Assembly (NCBI GenBank): GCA_043809315.1
Contig: JAZDDX010000027.1
Span: 6,943 to 70,942 of the forward strand
Source: Pseudomonadota bacterium
Lineage (GTDB): Bacteria > Bdellovibrionota_G > JALEGL01 > DATDPG01
Direction of reading: 5' to 3'
DNA: 64,000 nucleotides
The notes below the pieces were generated by a model. It made no database searches and was not told where the DNA came from. It worked only from the letters and a program-made list of their open reading frames with translations. Below, piece after piece: positions 28,743-37,556 of the stretch; the stretch's first letter is position 1; the number at the start of each line of letters is the position of its first letter. The position numbers and the translations under genes were made by a program.

Positions 28743-29494
28743 CGGTAGAAAAAACTCAGGTAGTCGTACAGGTTCGGAAACCATCGGATCATCACCGGCC
28801 CGTACGCGTTTGCGATCGCGTGAAAGACGATCCCGGGGATCAGGGACCCGGTCCGCAGGACGACGATGCCGTTCACGATCCCCAGAACAAGGGGCCCCAA
28901 CGCTAGCCACCCGTGTCCTCCCATGAAGATGAGCGCCGAACCGGCGACCGCAATCCAGGCCGGATAACTTTCGCGCAATCCGCGCAGCAGAATCCCCCGA
29001 AAAAACAGTTCTTCGCAGATCGGAGCAAGGACGATCAGCGTCACGAGATCGGAAGTCGTGAGCGTGCTCCGAAGCGGTCCGCCTCCCCAGAGCGGCTTCG
29101 AAAGAAACGGCCAGATCGAGTCGACCCAGGTCATGAGGAAAACCAGAAGGAGGGTCACGGCGACAGGGCTCAAGCCGATCAGAAGCCCGAGGCCGATCCT
29201 GCGTCCGATTTTTTCTCCGGACAGGCCAATTTTGCGCGATCCGATCCGCTTCCGGCGGAGGATGACGATGGAGGCGAGGAGAAAGAAGACCTGGGGGGAG
29301 AACGGCATGCGGATCCAACCGGAGGAGGGGAAGAAGTACTTGGCGGCCGGCAGGTAGACGAGACCGAAAACGACCAAGGCGGAGACCGGGGCGATCAGGC
29401 CGACGGAGTTCACTCGACCAGATCCCGACTGATGTTCAGATAGAACCACGCGGCGACCAGAAGAAGGATGGAACCCAAGACGATCCGGGTCCAA
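28739..29494 (-). CDS. CPBP (CAAX protease/Abi) family intramembrane metalloprotease.
   Basis: Motifs EELFFRG, FMGGHG and HAIANA, with multiple TM helices. The start is uncertain: the TTG at 29494 overlaps the small upstream ORF, and an alternative ATG lies at ~29308. Confidence 0.65.
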   Translation of the reverse strand: MDPDRLGFHPSSGRRVVLSEHQSGSGRVNSVGLIAPVSALVVFGLVYLPAAKYFFPSSGWIRMPFSPQVFFLLASIVILRRKRIGSRKIGLSGEKIGRRIGLGLLIGLSPVAVTLLLVFLMTWVDSIWPFLSKPLWGGGPLRSTLTTSDLVTLIVLAPICEELFFRGILLRGLRESYPAWIAVAGSALIFMGGHGWLALGPLVLGIVNGIVVLRTGSLIPGIVFHAIANAYGPVMIRWFPNLYDYLSFFYR

Positions 29495-29610
29495 CCCCAG
29501 AAACGGCTCCGGTTCCGTTTCCGTACGTTGGAGATTCCCAGGACCAGGTTGAATAGGCCGATCGAGAGGAGGGCCGTCATGGCGAACATCGTGCCGAGAG
29601 CCTGGTTCAT
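29410..29610 (-). CDS. Hypothetical two-TM small membrane protein (66 aa).
   Basis: Two clear TM helices. The start overlaps the rsmI stop (ATGA-type coupling). Confidence 0.4.
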   Translation of the reverse strand: MNQALGTMFAMTALLSIGLFNLVLGISNVRKRNRSRFWGWTRIVLGSILLLVAAWFYLNISRDLVE

Positions 29611-30308
29611 TCGATCTCGATCTCCTTGATCTTGGAAGGGCCGACGACGACGGTCGCCTCCCCGAGGATCTTGCGTCCGGTCAATCGCGCGGCCACATCC
29701 CGCGCCGTTCCTCGAATCAACTCTTCATGCTGTTTCGTCAGTTCCCGTGCCACGAAAACCATCCGTTCCGGGGCAACCTCCGCCAGCTCGCTCATCGTCC
29801 GCAAGAGGCGGTAGGGGGCCTCGAAGAAAGCGGAAGTATCCTCGCTTGCGGCCATCTGCTCCAATTCCCGGCGGCGAGCCGTTTCCTTCTTGGACAGAAA
29901 TCCGAAAAACCGGAACGGGGAGGCGCGGAATCCGCTGACGGAGAGGGCGGTCGTGATGGCGCTCGGCCCCGGGATCGGAACGACCGTTCCTCCCGAGCGA
30001 TGAACAGCGTCGATCAAGCGGGCGCCGGGGTCGGCGACGGAGGGGGTCCCCGCATCGGTCGCGAGAGCCACATCCTCCCCCCGCTCGAGGGTCTCCAGGA
30101 TGGTCCGGGTGGCCCGTTCCTCCGCCGCCTCGTCGCACCGGAGGAGCGGTTTGGAGAGCCCGAGATGGGTCAGAAGCTTCCGCGTGCGGCGGGTATCCTC
30201 CGCGGCCACAAGGGACGCCGTGCGAAGCGATTCGGCCGCCCGCCCGGAAAGGTCCGAGAGGTTGCCGATCGGGGTGGCGACCACGAAAAGGCGGCCGGAG
30301 GGGTGCAC
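29607..30308 (-). CDS. rsmI: 16S rRNA (cytidine1402-2'-O)-methyltransferase RsmI.
   Basis: RLFVVATPIGNLSDLSGRA...AAEDTRRT matches the RsmI N-terminus. The likely start is a GTG near 30308; the ORF-track extension to 30506 would overlap the divergent lipoprotein gene. Confidence 0.8.
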   Translation of the reverse strand: MHPSGRLFVVATPIGNLSDLSGRAAESLRTASLVAAEDTRRTRKLLTHLGLSKPLLRCDEAAEERATRTILETLERGEDVALATDAGTPSVADPGARLIDAVHRSGGTVVPIPGPSAITTALSVSGFRASPFRFFGFLSKKETARRRELEQMAASEDTSAFFEAPYRLLRTMSELAEVAPERMVFVARELTKQHEELIRGTARDVAARLTGRKILGEATVVVGPSKIKEIEIE

Positions 30309-30366
30309 CCGCCCATTGTTCCGATCTCCTTGAGGAGATGCAAGGCAATCAGTTACACTACAGAGG

Positions 30367-30849
30367 ATGAGATCCTGTTGGCTCCCGGTCCTTCTCACGA
30401 CTTTCCTGGGTGCGGGGTGTACCTCCAGCCCGGGGCAGATCGATGTGACGCTGAACCTCGACGGCACAGTCGTCCAAGCGAACATCCAGGACTTCATCTT
30501 CATCACCTTCGATCCGACCCCCGGATCGACGGCTCCGAAAATTCTCTATCCGTCCGACTGCGTGGGGTGCAACGACGGCGCCGCCGAATGCGATCCTTCG
30601 CTGGCCTGTCTCAAGAAGGACACGACCTGCGGGTTTGCGACGACCCAACGAACGTGGACCCCCCAACTTGATTTTGCCGAATATCCTGCGAAATCGACGA
30701 TCACGTTGGTGGCGTGCGCCCTGGATGCGAACCAAGCTCCCGTGGGGTACGGTTCGACGGCATCGATTCCGAATCAGAACGGTACGAGCGTGACGATCGC
30801 GATGACCGCATCGGCGACCTGCGCGGAGGCCCCGGCGTTATGTCCGTGA
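30367..30849 (+). CDS. Cys-containing secreted lipoprotein, paralogue 1 of 3.
   Basis: Lipobox LGAGC and six Cys. Shares the motifs IQDFIFITF and ILYPSDC with the two downstream paralogues. Confidence 0.55.
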   Translation: MRSCWLPVLLTTFLGAGCTSSPGQIDVTLNLDGTVVQANIQDFIFITFDPTPGSTAPKILYPSDCVGCNDGAAECDPSLACLKKDTTCGFATTQRTWTPQLDFAEYPAKSTITLVACALDANQAPVGYGSTASIPNQNGTSVTIAMTASATCAEAPALCP

Positions 30850-31247
30850 GGCTCACCTTTGTCGCGCTACTGGTGACGGTTCCGTTGCTCGGATGCGGAA
30901 CGAAAGCGGGGCCCGACATCACGTTCTCGATGCCGACCGCTGCTACGGCTTTTGCCGATGCCAACGTCACCGATTTCTATTTCGAGCTGACCAATACGAG
31001 CAGCGCCGATTTGTATTATTTCCCGGACAACTGTCGTGTCACGTCGTTGCAGGCGAATTGCGGCTACACGAGCGCGCAGCGGGGGACGACGGTCACGTTG
31101 GGGGCTCTTCCGTTGAATGCGACCTACCAGGTGGTCGTGAGATTCCGGGATGCGACGGGGAAGATCCTCTACGGCGGGACGTCGGCTTTCGTCAACGACG
31201 GGCACTCCCAGTCGCTGTCGATTTCTGTGGCGGGGGTGACACCATGA
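30840..31247 (+). CDS. Cys-containing secreted lipoprotein, paralogue 2 of 3.
   Basis: ATG at ~30840 (MSVRLTFVALLVTVPLLGCG lipobox) overlaps the previous gene. Motifs VTDFYFELT and LYYFPDNC. Confidence 0.55.
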   Translation: MSVRLTFVALLVTVPLLGCGTKAGPDITFSMPTAATAFADANVTDFYFELTNTSSADLYYFPDNCRVTSLQANCGYTSAQRGTTVTLGALPLNATYQVVVRFRDATGKILYGGTSAFVNDGHSQSLSISVAGVTP

Positions 31248-31789
31248 GGGTGAAAAAAAGTGCATGGCTGATGGGGGTGGCTTTCTTTTCGATCACATGC
31301 AGCAGTTCGCCGACGGCGACGGTCAACATCCGGATCGCGACGAACGGCACGGTGAACCCCCTTCAGCAAATCAAACAGCAGAAGGATGCGGGGCTGTCGC
31401 GCGGGATCTACTTCGAGTTTCGGGAGCTCAAGTGCCCGCCGGTATCGATGGAGGACGTGGTGAGTACGACCGCCGTCGCTCTTTATTATCCGGACTTGAA
31501 CGCACAGGCGAACATTGATGGGACGAGCCCGGTTTCGTCCACGTACGAGATCGACACCTCGGCGCTGAAGCCGAACGCCTACTATCGTGTGGCGATGTTC
31601 GCCCTGAACGTTTTCGACAACAACAAACCGTTTCAAGGCGTTGCAGAATGTCCGTTGAATCTCGCGCTCGGAAACAGGAACCTGATCAACATCTGTTTCG
31701 GCGACACCGGGATCCCCCTGACCTGTCTGGGGACCGTCCCGGCGCTTGCACAGTGCCCCTCGATGACGCCGGCGAGTTGCGCGCCGTAG
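31244..31789 (+). CDS. Cys-containing secreted lipoprotein, paralogue 3 of 3.
   Basis: ATGA overlap at ~31244 and signal peptide MRVKKSAWLMGVAFFSITCSS. Motifs IYFEFRE and ALYYPD. Confidence 0.55.
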   Translation: MRVKKSAWLMGVAFFSITCSSSPTATVNIRIATNGTVNPLQQIKQQKDAGLSRGIYFEFRELKCPPVSMEDVVSTTAVALYYPDLNAQANIDGTSPVSSTYEIDTSALKPNAYYRVAMFALNVFDNNKPFQGVAECPLNLALGNRNLINICFGDTGIPLTCLGTVPALAQCPSMTPASCAP

Positions 31790-33394
31790 CTATTCCTCTT
31801 CGGACTTGAGCGGGGCGATCACGACCGGTGTTCGGCTTTCCCCGGCCGGAGTGAACTCGTGCCCGGTCAGGTTGATCTGGTAGTGCTCCGTATGGAAGTT
31901 CGCCTGTTCGCGGACGACGATGCTCCGCCCCGAGCGGTTCTCGAGATCGAGCAGAAGGTCGTACTCCTCCTGTTTCAAGATCACCGAAACGTTGGGGTGC
32001 GCCACGATTTCGACGTTCCGGTGGGAATCCTTCTTTTCAATCTCGTGCGAAAGCTTTCGGAGGATGTCGTACGCGACCGTTCGTCTCGACCGGTGGAAGC
32101 CGCGTCCCTCGCAGTTCGAGCAGACCTCGCCCAGTTGCCGGGAGAGGTTCTCGCGTGTCCGTTTCCGGGTCATTTCGACGAGTCCCAGCTCCGAGATCTG
32201 GAGGACGTTTGTCCTCGCTTTGTCGTTGGCGAGCGCGTCTTCCAACGCCCGGTAGACCTTCTCGCGGTTCGTTTTCCGGTCCATGTCGATCGTGTCGAGG
32301 ATGATCAGCCCCCCGATGTTCCGGAGGCGGAGTTGCGCCACGATCTCCTTCACCGCTTCGAGGTTGACCTTGAGGATCGTCTCTTCCAGGTTTTTCGATC
32401 CGACGAACCTGCCGCTGTTGACGTCGATCGAGGTGAGCGCCTCGGTCTGGTCGATCACAAGATACCCGCCGGATTTGAGCCAGACCTTCCGGCCGAGGGC
32501 GCGGTCGATCTGCGGCTCGATCTTGTCGAAATCGAAGATCGGCTCGACCCCCTCGTAATGCGTGATCTTCCGTTTCCGTTTCGGCAGGAATTGTCCGACG
32601 AACTGTTTGATCTGCCGGAACGCGTTCCGGTCGTCGACCACCAGCTCATCGACATCATCGGTGAAGAAATCGCGGACCGATCTCATGACGAGGCTTAAAT
32701 CCTCATGGGCGAGGGAGGGGGCCTTCATCCCTTGCCGCCGGCGCAAGACTTTGATCCAGAGGCGTTCCAGGTAGGCGACTTCCTGCTGGATGTTCTTGTC
32801 CGGCTGTCCGGCCGCCGCCGTCCGAACGATGAACCCCCCGTCGGTGGTTTGAGTTGTTTTGACGAGGTCCTTCAGGCGCCGCCGTTCCTCCTCGCTCTCG
32901 ATTTTCCGCGACACTCCGATATGGGCGACCGTCGGCATGTAGACGAGGTGCCGACCGGGTAAGGAGACATGCGACGTGAGCCGCGCCCCCTTGGTGCCGA
33001 TCGGGTCTTTGGCGACCTGGACCAGAACATCCTGTCCCTCCTTCAGGAGATCCTGAATCTGGACACGCTGGGCGGGGCGCTTGCGCCGCTTTTCCTCCTC
33101 GACCTCTTTCTGGTTGAAAGCGTCGCCGTACTCCTCGAAAAAGTCGGTGACGTAGAGGAACGCGGCCCGCTCCAGGCCGATATCGACGAATGCCGCCTGC
33201 ATCCCCGGAAGGACCCGGACGACTTTGCCTTTGTAGATGTTTCCGACGATCCCGCGCTCACGTCGCCGTTCGATGTACAGCTCCGCCAGCTTGTCGTTTT
33301 CCATGACCGCGACGCGCACTTCCTGCGGCGTCGCGTTCAGCACTAAGCGAGAAGTAATTCCCACAGCCCGCCTCCATTCGTATGTGAGGCGCAA
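31790..33394 (-). CDS. rng: Ribonuclease G (RNase E/G family).
   Basis: S1 domain plus RNase E/G catalytic domain (ATPQEVRVAVMENDKLAELYIER, GLIILDTIDM). Confidence 0.85.
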   Translation of the reverse strand: MRLTYEWRRAVGITSRLVLNATPQEVRVAVMENDKLAELYIERRRERGIVGNIYKGKVVRVLPGMQAAFVDIGLERAAFLYVTDFFEEYGDAFNQKEVEEEKRRKRPAQRVQIQDLLKEGQDVLVQVAKDPIGTKGARLTSHVSLPGRHLVYMPTVAHIGVSRKIESEEERRRLKDLVKTTQTTDGGFIVRTAAAGQPDKNIQQEVAYLERLWIKVLRRRQGMKAPSLAHEDLSLVMRSVRDFFTDDVDELVVDDRNAFRQIKQFVGQFLPKRKRKITHYEGVEPIFDFDKIEPQIDRALGRKVWLKSGGYLVIDQTEALTSIDVNSGRFVGSKNLEETILKVNLEAVKEIVAQLRLRNIGGLIILDTIDMDRKTNREKVYRALEDALANDKARTNVLQISELGLVEMTRKRTRENLSRQLGEVCSNCEGRGFHRSRRTVAYDILRKLSHEIEKKDSHRNVEIVAHPNVSVILKQEEYDLLLDLENRSGRSIVVREQANFHTEHYQINLTGHEFTPAGESRTPVVIAPLKSEEE

Positions 33395-33403
33395 GGGTCA
33401 ACG

Positions 33404-33682
33404 TCAATGTCGAATTTCAAACTCGCCGTTCTTCGTATCGATCGGCGGTTTCCAATCCACTTCTACGTTGTCCACCCGTGCGCCGGGCGGCCCGTGCTGA
33501 CACCAGTGAAGAAGGTCGCGTAGCAAGCCTTCCTCTCCCTGAGCGTCGAGTTCCACAGATCCATCGGGGAGGTTTTGTACAAACCCTTGAATTTCAAGCG
33601 CCCTGGCGTGCTCACGAGCCGTAGCCCGAAAAAAAACCCCTTGCACTCTCCCCGTCACAACCGCGTGGAACCGCTTCACCAT
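33404..33682 (-). CDS. acyP: Acylphosphatase.
   Basis: VxGxVQGVxFR signature (VVTGRVQGVFFRA). Start at the MVKRFHA ATG. Confidence 0.75.
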   Translation of the reverse strand: MVKRFHAVVTGRVQGVFFRATAREHARALEIQGFVQNLPDGSVELDAQGEEGLLRDLLHWCQHGPPGARVDNVEVDWKPPIDTKNGEFEIRH

Positions 33683-33873
33683 GGGCGCAACCAAACCTGG
33701 AAAACGGGATCGAAAAGGACCCGTCTTCACAAACCTTTAACGGGCGGATTAAACACACAGTTCCCTGAAATGCCAACGAAAAACGACGAAACGGTCGAGA
33801 GATCGAAGGTTAGCATCTTGATTTTATTGCATTTTCTGGCTAGCGGGGGTAAAAGATCAGGCTCTCTATTAAA

Positions 33874-34407
33874 GTGATGAGGAAGGGAATCGCAATCGTT
33901 GTTCTTCTGCTTGGGTTGGGAACGGCCCGGGCCGAAGCTCTTCTGTATCAGGATCACGACCGGACCGGATCGCTCGCAGGGAACGGTGCGATCGGGTTCA
34001 CGCTCGGTCCGGACACGTTTCTCGTCGCCTCCGGCGTCGACTATTATTTTACCCGGCACTTCACGCTCGGTCCGTTGCTTCAGATGGGTGTCTCGGACGA
34101 CGTCTTCCTCGTTTCCCCTACCGTCGAAGCAAAGGGGGTCTTCGATCTCCCGGTGAACGGGTTCGGAAGGCGGGTAAAACCGTTCGTTCAGGGAGGGGCG
34201 GGTTTCACCTACGCGAACGTCGATCGTGCGGGGAAGAGCGATAACGCGATCGACTTCATGTTCAACTTGGGGTTCGGCGTCGACATCTATCTAACGACCC
34301 GTTTCGCTATGGGGAACAACATGTTGTTCAACGTCACCCCGACCCGTGTTTTCAGAGATCGCCTGATCTTCGCCTGGCAGTTCGTTTCGCTGAAGTATCA
34401 TTTTTAA
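33874..34407 (+). CDS. Small outer-membrane beta-barrel protein.
   Basis: Signal peptide MMRKGIAIVVLLLGLGTARA, beta-strand periodicity, and C-terminal ...VSLKYHF. Confidence 0.6.
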   Translation: MMRKGIAIVVLLLGLGTARAEALLYQDHDRTGSLAGNGAIGFTLGPDTFLVASGVDYYFTRHFTLGPLLQMGVSDDVFLVSPTVEAKGVFDLPVNGFGRRVKPFVQGGAGFTYANVDRAGKSDNAIDFMFNLGFGVDIYLTTRFAMGNNMLFNVTPTRVFRDRLIFAWQFVSLKYHF

Positions 34408-35022
34408 ATGACGACGTTTTATCTGATCCGGCACGGTCAAACCGATTGGAATGCGATCCGGAAGGTCATGGGTCGGACCGATGTCCCTCTGAATTCGGTC
34501 GGGGTTGCGCAGGCGAAAGATTTGAGCGGCGCGATGAGTCGGTATCCGATCGACGCCATCGTGACGAGCCCGCAACTTCGGGCGAGGCAGACCGCCGATG
34601 TCATCGGAGCCGGGAGGACGGTGCCGGTTCGGATCGAGTCGGCGCTTGCGGAGGTGGAGTTCGGACCCTGGGTGGGGATGGGGCTCACCGAGCTGAACCT
34701 CGATCCCGAATTTCATCTCTGGCTGGATGACCCGAACCCGAAAGGAAGCCACACGTTCGAACGGTCGGCCGACGTCCGGAAGCGAACGAGTGAGGTTCTC
34801 GAGCGTCTCGCGAGTGAAAATCCGTCCGGCACCTTCGCCTTGGTTTCGCATGCCGATCCGATCCGGGCGATGGTAAACTACGCCCTGGGTGGACCGGTCG
34901 AGGAGTTTCGAAGAATCCGGATCGTGAACGCTTCGCTGACCGTCGTGCTCAAGGAAGCGAACAAGTGGAGACTGACGTTGTTGAACTACAGGCCGGAGCC
35001 GGATCTCCGGGCCGAGATATAG
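34408..35022 (+). CDS. Histidine phosphatase family protein (phosphoglycerate mutase-like).
   Basis: RHG motif at the N-terminus (FYLIRHGQTDWN) and a conserved His in SHADPIR. Confidence 0.8.
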   Translation: MTTFYLIRHGQTDWNAIRKVMGRTDVPLNSVGVAQAKDLSGAMSRYPIDAIVTSPQLRARQTADVIGAGRTVPVRIESALAEVEFGPWVGMGLTELNLDPEFHLWLDDPNPKGSHTFERSADVRKRTSEVLERLASENPSGTFALVSHADPIRAMVNYALGGPVEEFRRIRIVNASLTVVLKEANKWRLTLLNYRPEPDLRAEI

Positions 35023-35035
35023 ATCAGGAGGAGTG

Positions 35036-35146
35036 ATGGGAAAGAAAGACAATCGGCGGAGCCGTAAAGTCAAACAAAGACGTAGACAGAAGAAGCTGAA
35101 GGCACGCATTCATCGCAAAAAAGAGATCGCCCGCAAGCGCAAGTGA
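35036..35146 (+). CDS. Unannotated 36-aa highly basic small protein (MGKKDNRRSRKVKQRRRQKKLKARIHRKKEIARKRK). The N-terminus resembles ribosomal protein bTHX.
   Basis: Strong SD AGGAGG 6-7 nt upstream and a start 13 nt after the previous stop. The TGA overlaps the GTG start of the downstream hydrolase gene (GTGA). Below the ORF-track size cutoff. Confidence 0.4.
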   Translation: MGKKDNRRSRKVKQRRRQKKLKARIHRKKEIARKRK

Positions 35147-35757
35147 TCCTTCCGTCCGCCGGCGCGGAGCTGGAGGCGGAGGTTTCCGCACCGAAGAAGA
35201 ATTCCGCACCGTTTCTGGTGTTGGCGCACCCTCACCCACAAATGGGGGGGGACATGCACAACAAGGTGATCGATACGCTCTTTACGCGCGCGATCGAAAA
35301 AGGGTGGGGGGCGCTCCGTTTTAATTTCCGCGGTGTCGGAGCGAGTTCGGGAACCTTCGACAACGGTGCCGGAGAAACCGACGACGTTCTGTCCGCGCTC
35401 TTATTCGCCTCGAAGTTCGCGGAACGACCGTACCGAACGCTCACGCTCGCAGGGTATTCGTTCGGTTCCTGGATGGCGGCGAAGGCCGCCGCGACGCTAC
35501 CTGAACTCGGGAAACTGGTTCTGATCGCGCCACCCCTCCGGGGGATGGATTTCTCGCCCCTGCAAACGGTTCGGCACCCCAAGTACGTTTTTGCTGCGGG
35601 AAAAGACGAATTTGTTTCGGTCGCCGAGCTCGAGGCTTGGTTCGCGCAATTGACCCCTCCCAAGTCGTTGCATCTGCTGGAAGAGGCGGATCACCAGTTC
35701 ATCGGGTGCACGTCGCGGTTGATTCGGGACGTTCTTCGGGTCGTCGACGCGAGCTAA
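35143..35757 (+). CDS. Alpha/beta hydrolase fold protein.
   Basis: HPHPQMGG oxyanion-like region, GYSFGSW nucleophile elbow (GxSxG), and a C-terminal His. Confidence 0.65.
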   Translation: MILPSAGAELEAEVSAPKKNSAPFLVLAHPHPQMGGDMHNKVIDTLFTRAIEKGWGALRFNFRGVGASSGTFDNGAGETDDVLSALLFASKFAERPYRTLTLAGYSFGSWMAAKAAATLPELGKLVLIAPPLRGMDFSPLQTVRHPKYVFAAGKDEFVSVAELEAWFAQLTPPKSLHLLEEADHQFIGCTSRLIRDVLRVVDAS

Positions 35758-35777
35758 AGAAAAACCCACGAGGCGGG

Positions 35778-35817
35778 GGCGGAGGGAGTCCGTGTGGTGT
35801 TCCCCTCTCGAGTTTTT
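35778..35817 (+). terminator. Possible intrinsic terminator: GC-rich imperfect hairpin followed by a TTTTT tract.
   Basis: GGAGGGAG...TCCCCTCTC followed by GAGTTTTTC, about 25 nt after the hydrolase stop. The stem is imperfect. Confidence 0.3.
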
Positions 35818-36987
35818 CAGGCGGGGGATTAAGGTCAGCCTCGTCGCCGCGGCCTCCTCCCGGCTCTCCTGCGGTTGGCGTGGATTTCAGCGTATTGTCC
35901 GCCCGCGCCGCCTATCGCCTTATTCCCTTCGGCGATCCCTCTTCGTCCTTTAAGATCGGACCTTGAGGTCTTCGGAGGGCGGGGCGCTTCGGTTCAACCC
36001 GAAACGATCCGCTCAGATCCTTCGTCTCCGCTTCAGAGCCTGTCTCCCTTACCTGGAGCCCACCGTTGCCGGCGGGATCCTCGTTTGAGGTTCATGGCCC
36101 CTTCGACATTTTCCGAATTCCCGCGGGTCCTTGACCCGTAATCCATCCGGCGGGCCCGGGGGGGGTAGATCCACCTCGGGAACCAGCGGGAATCCTTAAG
36201 AGGTATCTTTCAACCTCCGATGTCCTGGGGTGCCTTCCCCTTCGAAGCTTTCCGCCCGCGCGTCGATCCGGGTTCCCTTACGGGCTCCCGCTCCTCCCGT
36301 ACCGTTTGTCTCCGACGAACCGTCGAGTGGTTCGTCGGCTTGAAGTCCGGTTTCGGAGGGTTCATCCCGCCGCCGAGCCGGCGCGGTTGAAGGGGAATTA
36401 TTCCTTTCAACCCACCCGAGCTCCCTTGGGGTTTCGGGTCTCTCGGGTTCTCTCTCCGTCATCGCCGATCGGGTTTCACCCCGATCTGCCTCTCCTGCCG
36501 TTGCACCTCGCCCCCTCTTCGCAGAGGTTCGATCGAGAGTGCCGGCTTCAAAGGTTTGAGCCGCTGACGGTTTGGCGTTTCACTCAACCGAGTGCGCCGA
36601 CCCGTTGGACCTTTTTCACCAATCTCTTGGTGCCACATCGGACGGCCCCCGTCCGTGGGTTCGCGCTATGTAGCGAGCGTTTCTTCCAGGGTCAACGAAA
36701 GAGATGAAAAAAATTGAACGAACGAGATTCGTGCACGAATCTTCTTCGTGCATCATCGACAAGTGTGCTTCGTAATCGACGCGAAGCCCGGAGCGATACG
36801 ATTGGATACGGCTTTCCGAGCGATGATGGATTGAGAACACATGCCCGTTGGACGATCCTCGAATGTCGAGCGCGCGATTGTTAAGCCGGGGTCTTGCGAA
36901 AGATCGCTTGTCAGAGCCCCGAGTGGAGTGGAGTTGCGAGCGAAAATCAATTTGAACTGCGGAGTCTCCGTGGGAATTCGGAAGTCG

Positions 36988-37016
36988 TTGCTGTTGCTAG
37001 GTCGTTGCGATATATA
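36988..37016 (+). promoter_or_regulatory. Candidate sigma70-type promoter for tRNA-Val (TTGCTG, 17 nt spacer, TATATA).
   Basis: -35 TTGCTG at ~36988, 17-nt spacer, -10 TATATA at ~37011, about 10 nt upstream of the mature tRNA 5' end. Confidence 0.4.
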
Positions 37017-37026
37017 CGCGCGCCAT

Positions 37027-37101
37027 GGGCGATTAACTCAGCGGGAGAGTGCCATCCTCACACGGTGGAAGTCACTGGTTCGAATCCAGTATCGCCCACC
37101 A
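37027..37101 (+). tRNA. tRNA-Val (anticodon CAC), 75 nt including the encoded CCA.
   Basis: Manual fold. Acceptor GGGCGAT/ATCGCCC, U8, D-stem ACTC/GAGT, anticodon stem CCATC/GGTGG, loop CTCACAC (U33, CAC, A37), T-stem ACTGG/CCAGT, T-loop TTCGAAT, discriminator A, CCA. Confidence 0.85.
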
Positions 37102-37104
37102 ACT

Positions 37105-37518
37105 TCACTCCCCCATCACCTTGACGATCACCCGTTTTTTCCGCTGCCCGTCAAATTCCGCGTAATAGACCTGCTGCCAGGGGCCGAGGTCGAGTCTCCC
37201 CTTCGTGATCGGGACGATCACTTCGTGGCCGATCAAGAGGCTCTTCAAATGACTGTCGCCGTTCGATTCGCCGGTCCGGTGGTGGCGGTACCCCTCCCTG
37301 AAAGGGGCGAGTTTCTCCGCCCATTCGTCGATATCGGCGATCAGGCCGTCTTCGGCGTCGTTCACGTAAACCCCGGCGGTGATGTGCATCGCCGAGACGA
37401 GAACCATCCCCTCCTGGACCTTGGACTTCCGGACTGCCTCCTCCACGTCGTCCGTGATCCGGACGTACTCGCGGTGTTTTTCGGTGTTGAACGTCAGGTA
37501 CTCCGTATGAGATTTCAT
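37105..37518 (-). CDS. yjbQ: YjbQ family protein (secondary thiamine-phosphate synthase, UPF0047).
   Basis: Full-length similarity to YjbQ (ITDDVEEAV...[20 protein letters not shown]...GHEVIVPI). The stop lies 3 nt after the tRNA. Confidence 0.8.
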   Translation of the reverse strand: MKSHTEYLTFNTEKHREYVRITDDVEEAVRKSKVQEGMVLVSAMHITAGVYVNDAEDGLIADIDEWAEKLAPFREGYRHHRTGESNGDSHLKSLLIGHEVIVPITKGRLDLGPWQQVYYAEFDGQRKKRVIVKVMGE

Positions 37519-37556
37519 GGTCCCCCCTTTTAAGATAGGTTGGCTCCGGCGACAAC

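Noticed and set aside
35036-35146. Firm assignment of the 36-aa basic ORF as ribosomal protein bTHX.
   Set aside because: Only the first ~11 residues resemble THX and the remainder diverges. Kept as a speculative similarity, not a call.
35758-37026. RNase P RNA, tmRNA or rRNA fragment in the long non-coding region.
   Set aside because: I searched both strands by eye for the RNase P P4 consensus (AGGAAAGUCCGGGCUCC) and for a tmRNA tRNA-like 3' end (GGUUCGAxUCC...CCACCA). Only weak partial matches were found, so these identities were rejected. The region is kept as an unknown ncRNA candidate.
36841-37533. 230-aa + ORF spanning the tRNA-Val and antisense to yjbQ.
   Set aside because: It reads through a well-folding tRNA and is antisense to a conserved YjbQ gene. 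Spurious.
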